DNA from: Eledone cirrhosa
Taxonomy: Eukaryota
Direction of reading: 5' to 3'
Assembly: GCA_964016885.1 (NCBI GenBank)
Contig: OZ024759.1
Span: forward strand, 2,914,001 to 2,978,000
DNA length: 64,000 nt
Shown: in pieces, positions 28,502-40,242 of the stretch
How positions within the stretch are numbered: position 1 is the first letter of the stretch
Layout of the letters: every line of letters starts with the position of its first letter
Made by a program: the position numbers and the translations under genes
The notes under the pieces: generated by a model
Told to the model about the DNA's origin: nothing
The model's input: only the letters and a program-made list of their open reading frames with translations
Database searches by the model: none

Positions 28502-28651
28502 GTGAGGTTGATAATTCTGAGACTCCGTTAAAGGTACGACCTGTGAACCCATCACCTGTTCATGCTTCAGGGTGTGCCTCACCCACAGCTGTTCGACCCA
28601 CAAACCCGACTCCAACCTTTTCAAGTAAAATCTCTTTAAAAGAGAGACCCA
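28502..28651 (+). CDS. Putative exon C (G-EVDNSETPLKVRPVNPSPVHASGCASPTAVRPTNPTPTFSSKISLKERP)
   Basis: Branch-like ctaat and ttatttttcAG acceptor, donor A|gtgagt. 150 nt, phase 1 to 1, in frame with exon B. Confidence 0.72.
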
Positions 28652-28714
28652 GTGAGTAAATTAGTCCCTATATCATTATGAAGTTGTTGTCATTGTAATA
28701 GAAGTAGTTGTCGT

Positions 28715-28992
28715 ATATACATATATACACACACACATATACATATATAGACACACACATATACATATATATACACATACATATACATATATATACACAC
28801 ACAAATACATATATAGACACACACATATACATATATAGACACACATATACATATATATACACCCATATACATATATAGACACACATATACATATATAGAC
28901 ACACACATATACATATATACACACACACATATACATATATATACACACATATACATATATAGACACACACATATACATATATATACACATGC
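28715..28992. repeat. Compound CA/TA minisatellite
   Basis: Directly visible. Confidence 0.85.
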
Positions 28993-29151
28993 ACCTGTTG
29001 GTTTTCACTTGCATTTATTACAAATTTCGAGCTGGTTGGTTTAATAACTGGATGGTTGTTTATTTATTGTCAAAGTTTTTTTCGTCACACATTCTGTGAC
29101 TTCCTCGGTGACTAATTTGTTATTGTGTGTCTCTCCTTTGTTCTGTCCCAT

Positions 29152-29492
29152 ATCATCATCATCATTTTACATCCGCTTTTCCCTGCTTGCAAGGGTGGGG
29201 CGGGAAATGATTCTGGCTTGATTTCTACAGCTGGATGCCCTTCCTAACACCAACCTCATTTACAGTGTGGGCTGGGTGCTTTTTTCCGTGGCACCTTTAC
29301 GACCACTTTGCAGTGGAATGATAGGGGCTGGGACCCCAGGCCCTATCATCTCATTTCTACAGCTGAGTAAACTGGAGCAATGTGAAATAAAGTGTCTTGC
29401 TCAAGGAAACAACACATCACCCGGTCTGAGAATTGAACTCACAACCTTTCGATTGCAAGGCCAATGCTCTAACCACTAAGCCATGTGCCTCC
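29152..29492 (-). mobile_element. tRNA-derived SINE, antisense relative of 36396-36726
   Basis: Reverse complement begins ggaggcacaTGGCTTAGTGGttagagc…GAGTTCAATTCtcagaccggg (A and B boxes). Confidence 0.8.
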
Positions 29493-29527
29493 ATATATAT
29501 ATATAGATATATATATTTATGTTGGTG

Positions 29528-29645
29528 AAGGCATGTGGCTGAGTGGTTAGAGAATTGGATTCACAATCATGAGGTTGTGAGTTCGATTCCTGGACCGGGC
29601 GATGCGTTATGTCCGTGATCAAGACACCTTATTTCACGTTGCTCC
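29528..29645 (+). mobile_element. tRNA-derived SINE, 5' part
   Basis: TGGCTGAGTGG A box and GAGTTCGATTCC B box. Confidence 0.75.
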
Positions 29646-30217
29646 TTCTATCAGGAGTTGCGACTGATAGAGAGTATTAGCAACTGGAAAGACCGATGGA
29701 AACATTCTTTCCTCGGTCCGATTTGACGAAAGTCAATCGATCCTGATATATATATATATATATATGTATATAACCATGACCAGTCCGAGAGGAAGATCCG
29801 CATAAGGTGAAACAATTGTTCTCAGTATGGTGAACCAACTGGTGTTACTACTTTTACCAAACTCGTCCCATGGACTGAGTGCTCTACGACTACAGATATT
29901 ACCTTCCAGTGTTCTACCTCTCTCTCTCTATATATATATATCATCATTATCATCATCATCATTTAATGTCCATCTTCCACACTAGCATAGGTTAGGCGGG
30001 TTTGTCCCGCTTGAGGCAATTTTGGTTGGGCGACCATGTCTCGCTTGTATAGAACTGTTTCTGGTAGGTTTTCTAAGGCTGGATGCCCTTCCTAACGCCA
30101 ACCACATGTACAGTGTGGACAGGGAGCTGTAAATGGAATGTGTAGCAACAAGGGCAGTGCTCCAGCATGGCTTCAGTCAGATGGCATTACAGTGTGGGCT
30201 GATATATATATATATAC

Positions 30218-30654
30218 TAGACCTGAAAAATGTGCAAACTCAAAAGAGCCACAGAATGTTATAAACCTTCAAAAGTGTGTGTGGGACTAGAGTTGTTGCT
30301 AAAAAATATTGTAATCATTATCTATCGTACACTCTGTGGCATCCTTTTATAAAAAAGAGACTCATAACGAACTCAAGACGACACGATAATTATTTAAGCT
30401 AATGTTCAATATCTCATATTAGATGTTTAGTAATGATTAATACAAAATGCACTTAAACCGAATTCTATATTATAAATTCATTTAAATAATTATCGTGACA
30501 TCTTGAGTTCGTTATGAGTCTCTTTTTTATAAAAGGATGCCACAGAGTGTACAATAGATAATGATTACAATATTTTTGAGCAACAACTCGTCCTTTTGTA
30601 GATTTATTATAACATTCTGTGGCTCTTTGGAGCTTGCACATTTTTCAGGTCTAG
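30218..30654. mobile_element. Foldback/MITE-like element with arms of about 180 bp
   Basis: ctagacctgaaaaatgtgcaa…gataattatttaa is mirrored by ttaaataattatc…ttgcacatttttcaggtctag, with a spacer of about 80 bp. Confidence 0.8.
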
Positions 30655-30959
30655 TTTAATATTTTTTTTAAGGCAACGCTTGTAATAACTCTAGTTAAAC
30701 ATGATATATATTAATAATAAATTATCGTTGTAATGTAATTAGATTATATAATTGTTATTTTATAAATGATCTTATAAATATTATTGTACGACACGCAAAC
30801 TTAAAACATTCTGTTGTTAGTCATTGCGTGTCTAACAGATATATATATATATATATATATCTTTTGCTCTTTTACCTTTTCTAGCCATCTGATTGAGGCC
30901 ATGCTGGAGCACTGCCCTTGTTGCTACACATTCTATCTCCAGCCTGTGTTGGCTGGCCA

Positions 30960-31640
30960 TTGGTTCAAGAGGGAGTTTGTTGCTGCTGCCCTTAGATTGC
31001 CTTTGTACCGTGTTGTGGGCTCATCTGGGATCCTGGATAGCAGGGTGTTGAGATGTTTCTTGAAAACATCCACATCCACACCATGCAGATCTCTCAAATC
31101 CTTTGGCAGCTTGTTAAAGAGTTGAGGGCCTTGAACCCCAGGCTATTGCAATATCTGCTCCTTATTCTAGATGTGAAAGACGGGACCTTTGGCACCACAC
31201 TGTGACGTCCTGTTCGGGGTTGGTCCAGCTCTCAATGCCAAAGTTTAGTGCTAGTTCCTCCAGGATTTTCCACATGTAAATCACTGCGTATCTCTCCCGT
31301 CTTCGTTCCAAGGAGTAGAGGTTCAGTTCCTTCAGCCTCTCCCAGTAGCTTATCTCCCTCATCTTGGCAATCGTCTTGGTGTAGCTTCGCTGGATTGCCT
31401 CAAGCTCCGTGGTTAGTTTGACACTATGGGGTGACCACAACTGGGAGCAATAGTCCAGGCGGCTTAGGACAAATGTCCTCCATTGTGTCAACATGGTGTC
31501 TCGGTCGCTTGTCCGGAAAGTCCTCAAGATCCAGCCAGCGAGTCGTCTTCACATTGTCGCCACTTTCATGATGTGTGAAGAAAAATGCATCGTCGCTCAT
31601 GTCTATACCCAGGTCTCGTATCGATTTTGACACGGGAATT
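30960..31640 (-). mobile_element. CR1/L2-type LINE RT C-terminal fragment
   Basis: IRDLGIDMS, FVLSRLDYCSQLWSP…LEAIQR…YWERLKELNLYSLERRRER. Confidence 0.8.
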
Positions 31641-31831
31641 GTATATAACGAAGGAGGTGTGGTAAGGAACCAGGTGGACCATAACACACCAGAGTACTCA
31701 ATACTTTGGGTAGTTGAGTGGGTAATAGGAAAAGAGTCAGGACGCCGGCAGGTGAGCTCTGGCCGTTTCAATAGCTAGATCTGAACTGTCGAAATGGCTG
31801 GAACTCAGCCGTCGGGGTCTGACTCCTTTCC

Positions 31832-32205
<374 letters not shown>

Positions 32206-32238
32206 ATAAGATCAAAAGATGGTTAAATGAGTTCCATG

Positions 32239-32309
32239 TATTTTATTATGCGCATTTCAAAAACAAATATCATCATGCAATAACATTTGTGTTTTCATCA
32301 GATAAAATA
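32239..32309 (-). ncRNA. Type I hammerhead, family A
   Basis: Minus strand reads tattttat-CTGATGA-stem II-GAAA-TGCGCA-TA-ataaaata. Confidence 0.8.
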
Positions 32310-32407
32310 GGAGGACATGATATGAAGGTTAAAAACACTTGTGGATAGTGCAGTTTTAAATCAACATATGAAAAGTAGTTTTAGATTGATGTGTGATATT
32401 GGGGAAA

Positions 32408-33635
32408 AAAAATCAACATACTGATTGCGGATTTGGTACGGGTGATGAGAAACGTGTCCCGCATGTGCAACCCCAAAGAACTAGAGAGACACATACAACA
32501 CTTCATCCACCGTATGCAGTTCTCGGGCTACAATCAGAGAGATAAAATCAGAGTGTATAGAGGAGCCAGAACCAAATGGGAAAAAATGGTAAATAATGAC
32601 ATAAATGGGACCTGCCCCTTGTATAGGAGCAAATTTTGGAATAGAATAGAAAGAACTAGGAACAAGGCTAATAGAATAAACTCATGGTATGATAGCAATA
32701 AATACCAGAGTGTAATGTTCATCGATACAACCCCTAGAGGTGAATTAGCTTACAAATTTAGAAGGGCCCTAGATAAACATAAACTCAATATTAAGATAGT
32801 AGAAAGACCAAGTACCTCCGTAAAAACACTTATTAGCAAGACCCTCATGTATAGATAAGAAATGTATAACCTGTAAAATAAGCCCCCATATTAACTGTAA
32901 AACTAGAAATGTAGTGTATAGCATAAGATGTACTGAAGGACAATGTAGAGACAAAAATATAGTGTACATAGGTGAGACAGCTCGTAGTGTAGGGGAACGG
33001 ATAAATGAACACTGGCGAGACCTTCAAGATAGTAAAAAATCATCTGTACTCTACCAACATGCTAAAATAGAACACAAAGGTAAATTAGAGAACATAGAAA
33101 TAAAAATAGAATCTACACACAGAAAAGACGCAATGTTTAGACAAATCACAGAGGCAATAAACATAAAAGAATTACAACCGAAATTAAATAGAAAATATGA
33201 GTGGAACAGCAACATCACAACTTACAATTAAGGATAAAATGAATACACACACACACATAGAACAAACAACCAACCAGCAACATGTAAATAAACAAATAAA
33301 TAAATGAACATAAACACACACAGACACCCGGATGTAGCGCATGCACAGACTGAGCACACAACACACACACACAGAAACAAAATGGCGTAGGACAGAACAA
33401 AGGAGAGGCACAAAAACAAAGAAAGGAATCCCCAGTCACTGAAGAGGTCACAGAGTGTGTGACGAAAGAACTATGACAATATATAAACAACTATCTGGTT
33501 GTGGAACCAACCAACCAACCAGAAATTTATAGATTTATAAATTTATTATGAATTTATTATAATAAATTGAAGTGAAAGCAACTGGTGTGTGTGTTTCTTA
33601 TTGGCAATATGACCCTCCCAAAGTATAACAATATA
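32408..33635 (+). mobile_element. 5'-truncated PLE (family B): RT C-terminus, GIY-YIG, and pLTR with hammerhead at 33435-33477
   Basis: VVYSIRC…YIGETARSVGERINEH…EAINI. HHR reads gtca-CTGAAGA-ggtcaca…tgtgac-GAAA-GAAC-TA-tgac. Same family as 45120-46820. Confidence 0.88.
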
Positions 33636-33773
33636 TATTTATATATATATATATTTAATGTATCAGGTGAGTTTTATTGTTGTACAATAAAGCAATGCAG
33701 ATATCGGATAAGATATGTTGATTTAAAACTGCACTATTCACAAGTATTTTTTAACCTTCATATCATGTCTTCC

Positions 33774-33844
33774 TATTTTATCTGATGAAAACACAAATGT
33801 TATTGCATAATGATATTTGTTTTTGAAATGCGCATAATAAAATA
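33774..33844 (+). ncRNA. Type I hammerhead, family A
   Basis: tattttat-CTGATGA-aaacacaaatgttattgcataatgatatttgttttt-GAAA-TGCGCA-TA-ataaaata. Confidence 0.8.
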
Positions 33845-33893
33845 CATGGAACTCTTTTAACCATCTTTTGATCTTATATATTATATATATATT

Positions 33894-33950
<57 letters not shown>

Positions 33951-33992
33951 ACGATATTAGATAAATGGAAACTATATTTATAAAACCATATC

Positions 33993-34058
33993 TATTTCAT
34001 TATATATATTTCAGGGATATCATATTAACAATATGTTATGCCTTCTTCAGACAAAATA
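33993..34058 (-). ncRNA. Type I hammerhead in a solo pLTR-like segment (about 33960-34620)
   Basis: Minus strand reads tattttgt-CTGAAGA-agg…cct-GAAA-TATATA-TA-atgaaata. Confidence 0.7.
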
Positions 34059-34366
34059 CAATATAAATAGTTTTATAGATAAATAGATTTGACATACCGT
34101 TCAACATCGACTTGTATTTGAAAAAGTTGATTTGGCAGTAAAAAATATTGTGGACAGTTGTAAAAAGAAAGAGAGAAAGAAAGAAAGAGAGAGAAACGAA
34201 GAAAAAGAAGAAATGCATGTGACTAAATATAGAGATATAGAAAGATAGATAAAGAGAAGAACTTCATGTAAAGAAACAGAGAGAAATATATATAGAGAGA
34301 GGAAAAAAGAAAGAGATAGATAGAGATAGATAGAGAAACTAGGAAGTTGAGTATCGGTTGATACAT

Positions 34367-34397
<31 letters not shown>

Positions 34398-34687
34398 GCT
34401 CTAGTATTAATGTAATTAAGAGAGAAAATAGCCGTTATATAGAGAGAGAAAAGAAAAAAGAAAAAATGAAAAAGAGAAAATGAAAAATAACCAGACATAA
34501 ACGAGGCAGAATTTAAAACCCTATGTTTCATCCTGTAGAAAATATTAGTTCGTATAAAACAGGCATTATAATGTAAATATCAGTATTCATGAATGAGACA
34601 TGTATCTATAATGTGTGAAAAGTAATGATCTTATGTCTAGTTTTTAAAAATTCATATGTTTATATCATAATTATAAACAAACTCCCA

Positions 34688-35404
<717 letters not shown>

Positions 35405-35407
<3 letters not shown>

Positions 35408-36145
35408 AGAACAAAAGATGGTTAAAGGAGTTCCATGTATTTTATTATGCACATTTCAAAAACAAACATCATCATGCAATAATATTTGTGTTTTCATCAG
35501 ATAAAACAGGAGGACATGATATGAAGGCTAAAAAACACTTGTGGATAGTGCAGTTTTAAATCAACATATGAGAAGTAGTTTTAGATTGATGTGTGATATT
35601 GGGAAAAATATTTTATTTAGAGGGGGGGGGGATGAAAAAAAGAGGAGGAATTTATACATTATCTTCCAACGGTTTTCAACCTCTCTATGTAAAACAATAT
35701 ATCTTTCTCAGTTATAAAAACTATCTCTCTCTCTCTATCACCCATCTCTCCTCCTATCTCATCCTTCCTCATTATATTCCTCCCTCTCATCTGACCATCA
35801 CTCTCATCTCCTCCTCTTTTTTTCATCCCCCCCCCTCTAAATAAAATATTTTTCCCAATATCACACATCAATCTAAAACTACTTCTCATATGTTGATTTA
35901 AAACTGCACTATCCACAAATGTTTTTTAGCCTTCATATCATGTCCTCCTGTTTTATCTGATGAAAACACAAATATTATTGCATGATGATGTTTGTTTTTG
36001 AAATGCGCATAATAAAATACATGGAACTCCTTTAACCATCTTTTGTTCTTATATATTATGTATACTCCAGTCCTACAAACTGTAGAGTGCTTCTTATCCG
36101 ATATCTGCATTGCTTTATTGTACTACAATAAAACTCACCTCCTAC
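35405..36145. mobile_element. Non-coding foldback of family A pLTRs, with hammerheads at 35438-35508 (-) and 35949-36019 (+)
   Basis: Arms of about 245 bp (35405-35650 and 35808-36052) are near-perfect reverse complements. Confidence 0.85.
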
Positions 36146-36148
36146 ATA

Positions 36149-36201
<53 letters not shown>

Positions 36202-36395
36202 CTGATATGGAAGATACAGAAGCAAAAACCAACCAAACAGTGAGTGTGTTCCGTTGTTATTTCTGGCAATATTATTACAACAATATGACCCTCCCAAAGT
36301 ATAACAAAATTTGTTTCAACACACGATTTCATATCAAAAACCTCGCAAAACAAATATATACATCTATATATGTGTGTGTGTGTGTATATATATAT

Positions 36396-36726
36396 GGAGG
36401 CACATGGCTTAGTGGTTAGAGCGTTGGCCTTGCAATCGAAATGTTGTGAGTTCAATTCTCAGACCGGGTGATGTGGTGTTTCCTTGAGCAAGACACTTTA
36501 TTTCACATTGCTCCAGTTTACTCAGCTATAGAAATGAGGTGATAGGGACTGGGGTCCCTATCATTCCACTGCAAAGTGTCGTGGAGGTGCCACGGCAAAA
36601 AAACACCCAGCACTCACTGTAAATGAGGTTGGTGTTAGGAAGGGCATCCAGCTGTAGAAATCAAGCCAGAATCAGTTCCCGTCCCACCCTTGCAAGCAGG
36701 GAAAAGTGGACGTAAAATGATGATGA
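36396..36726 (+). mobile_element. tRNA-derived SINE
   Basis: A box TGGCTTAGTGG, B box GAGTTCAATTC, (ATG)n tail. Confidence 0.8.
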
Positions 36727-36741
36727 TATATATATATATAC

Positions 36742-36790
<49 letters not shown>

Positions 36791-36849
36791 GTATACACAC
36801 ACACACATTATATATATATATATATATATATATATAATGTGTGTGTGTG

Positions 36850-36900
<51 letters not shown>

Positions 36901-37084
36901 GTATATATACAAATTCTCTTTCTCCACACCACCAAATCTAGCACACACTAGGACAAAAATACGCAAACACATATTAGCCCCACAACAAACCACTAGTACA
37001 ACCCAGAACGAAACCACATACACAATACAACACAACAACCCACATGCCAGAATACGAACAACCGACAACGTGCCACCAAATCTG

Positions 37085-37420
37085 TAACCCCGATCTGCAA
37101 TTGCAAAAAGCGGGCAGAATGCCCACTAAACGGTGAATGCCTCGTTAAAAACATTATTTACCGGGGCGATGTCACAGCTGGCACAAAAGACTACTCCTAC
37201 ATAGGTGGAACCTCGACTACGTTTAAGGAGTGCTGGTATAACCACAGAAGCTCCATTAAACATAGACTCAAACGATCCCAAACTTGATTGGCCGATTTGA
37301 TCTGGGACCTCAAAGACCTCGAATTCCACATCATATGGTCAGTTAAAAGACGCATGGCCCAACTCCCCAGCGACAGAAACTACTGCAGGTTATGCCGAGG
37401 CGGCTGAGATAATTAAATTG
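37085..37420 (+). mobile_element. Decayed PLE GIY-YIG fragment
   Basis: CNCKKRAECPLNGECLVKNIIYRGDV…YIGGTSTTFKECWYNHRSS. Confidence 0.75.
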
Positions 37421-37582
37421 AAATCTGCCATAAACTAGGTCTGACATAATTATAAATTATAAACACACGAGGTTGAACAACTTCTCTGCACAAACATTCG
37501 GCCGGGGGCCAGACACTAACCCTGACTGAACATAGTGATAACTACCTTTGCCATGCTACACCGTCCCTCATCTCAGTGCATT

Positions 37583-38081
37583 TGTTTTATATAACATGTA
37601 TGTTTTATATAACATGTAAGTTTTATATAACATGTAAGTTTTATATAACATGTAAGTTTTATATAACATGTAAGTTTTATATAACACGTATGTTTTATAT
37701 AACACGTATGTTTTATATAACACGTATGTTTTATATAACACGTATGTTTTATATAACATGTAAGTTTTATATAACATGTAAGTTTTATATAACATGTAAG
37801 TTTTATATAACATGTAAGTTTTATATAACACGTATGTTTTATATAACACGTATGTTTTATATAACACGTATGTTTTATATAACACGTATGTTTTATATAA
37901 CACGTATGTTTTATATAACACGTATGTTTTATATAACATGTATGTTTTATATAACACGTATGTTTTATATAACATGTAAGTTTTATATAACACGTATGTT
38001 TTATATAACACGTATGTTTTATATAACATGTATGTTTTATATAACACGTATGTTTTATATAACATGTATGTTTTATATAAC
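37583..38081. repeat. 18-bp minisatellite (gttttatataacacgtat), about 27 copies
   Basis: Directly visible; gives the YKTYML/YKTYVL pseudo-ORF. Confidence 0.97.
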
Positions 38082-38928
38082 TTAGTAAGTTTAGATTTTG
38101 TAATTATCATGCTGCATCCATCACCCCCACCAACAGACACATCGCCATACACCCCTCATCTCAGTACCATTGTGTTCTATCTGTCCTCTCTGTCAGGTTT
38201 TACCTTGTAAACCACCGTAACATCCGATCCTGTAAATATAATGTCGAACATATCATCCCATCGCCACTACCGCTGCCTTCACCATACACATCGCTATACG
38301 TCCACCATCCCTCATTCACAACCTTCTTTTCCCCGTGTTTCCTATCACTTTTTAACCTGTAATCCATTGTAAAATTCGATCCTGTAAATATTTTGTCGCA
38401 CCGACCGCCACCGCCACCAGATCTCCATACTTCAACAATCATTAACATAATCAACACATCATGCCTCCCTAAACAACGCATGTGTGTGTGTCTGTGTGTA
38501 AGTATATTTATTTGTACAACGCAATCTCCACTGGCTCTCCATCTCTCTCTATATAAATATACGCGTGTATGTATACTACATATTTGTCAGACTAAGTGTA
38601 TCTATGCATCATGTATCTCCTTATTGAATTTGACACCACCAACACATCCATCACATCACCATAAAAACCATTACCACAAACAACAACACCACACCCACAC
38701 CACACACAAAAATCAGCCTCAACTACATGCCAATCTGTCTACCGACATCCAGCACCCCACACCCTGTGACCGGCACCACCATCTTATCACAACCCCACCC
38801 CCACATACACTTCAGGCAAAAACATCCCTATGAACTAATCCACCAATCAAAACAAACTTTATTGACCAACATATGAACTTCCGTTTGTATAATACAGCAT
38901 GTATTCATTTTCTACTAGCATTACAAGG

Positions 38929-39013
38929 GGTCCGTCGAGCCGCAGATTGCATAGTCAGGTAAGATTGATACAAATCGAACCTTGAGCCGATCAGTGACGA
39001 AACGCGCGTCGCC
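38929..39013 (+). ncRNA. Hammerhead-like motif, degenerate CCGTCGA core, long stem II
   Basis: ggt-CCGTCGA-(60 nt)-GAAA-CGCGCG-TC-gcc. The insert resembles that of 307-400. Confidence 0.45.
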
Positions 39014-39089
39014 AACTAATAAATGTAATGAAGGAGTAACCAATCGTCCTTGTTATCATTTCACTGTATATATATATATATATATATAT

Positions 39090-39990
39090 TGTTTTAGTCT
39101 CATTCATTCTCAGCCCCACACTCATTGACACGGTCTCAACCTCCTGCATCAAATCCTCTGCCTCCTTCACTGTATTTGTCACCAAAACTATGTCGTCGGC
39201 AAATTCAGCATCTGATATCTTTTTCGCCTTAACTCTCCTGCTCTGAGTCGGTGCTACAGTAAAGCCAGAGTCCTGGTGTTTCTCCAGTGCAAGGCGCATA
39301 CAATAGTCCACTACGATGATAAAAAGGTAGGGAGCCAATGATTCTGGAGCACTCCAGCCAGTATCTCAAAGAACTCTGTCATCCCATCAGGTGTAATGTT
39401 GAGAAGCCAGAGGGGATCACTAATGTAGGCGGGAAGCCACTAGAATTGGTTGAGGACTTCCTGTATTTGGGAGCAAAGATTGGGAATACGGAAGATGATG
39501 TGGTTGAGCGGAAGAGCAAAGCCTGGGCGGCGTGCCACAGCTTGAGATCGGTGTGGAAGTCGGAGCTTCGTAAAAACCTGAAACTCCGCCTCTTCATTGC
39601 TGTAGTGGAGTAGTCTGTGCTGCTGTACGGGTCTGAGACTTGGACACTGACCAAGAAACTCAGTCAGATGGTGGATGGGTGCTACACGAGAATGCTGAGG
39701 ATGGCTCTGAACATTAATCAGTATACACTGAGGATGAAAAACTCAGAGCTGTATGGAAGCCTCCCAAAAGTCAGCTCAAATGTGACACAGAGGAGACTGA
39801 GGTTAGCTGGACATGCTCACCGACATCCAGAGTTGACATTGCACTCAGGAAGGGAAGACCAAGATTAACGTATGTTGATGCCCTAACGACAGACACTGGT
39901 CTGTTGGAGACGCAGGACATGGCAGCGATAATGAGTGACAGAGACCGCTGGAGAGAACTCGTCCATGGATCTCGGGAATTTTACCCGCCC
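39090..39990 (+). mobile_element. RTE-like LINE fragment with 5' inversion
   Basis: 39090-39338 (-) reads APYLFIIVVDY…EFADDIVL. 39340-39990 (+) reads VEDFLYLG…LLYGSETWTLT…RRLRLAGH. Confidence 0.8.
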
Positions 39991-40242
39991 TAGAAAAAAC
40001 AAATATATATATATATATATATAGTGGTGGAACACTGGAAGGTAATATCCGTAGTGGTAGAGCACTCAGTCCAAGGGACGAGTTAGGTAGAAGTGGTTAC
40101 ACAACAGTTAGTTCACCATACCGAGAACAATTGTTTCTACTTAGCGGATCTTCAGTTAAAAAAAACAGATTAAAGTTTAAGCATACAGAGTACGAGAATA
40201 GACCTAGAAGAAATAGATCCCGACGCATTATATGGTATAACC

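Noticed and set aside
36396-36470. tRNA gene
   Set aside because: A and B boxes are present but there is no clean cloverleaf, and the sequence continues into a SINE body with dispersed copies.
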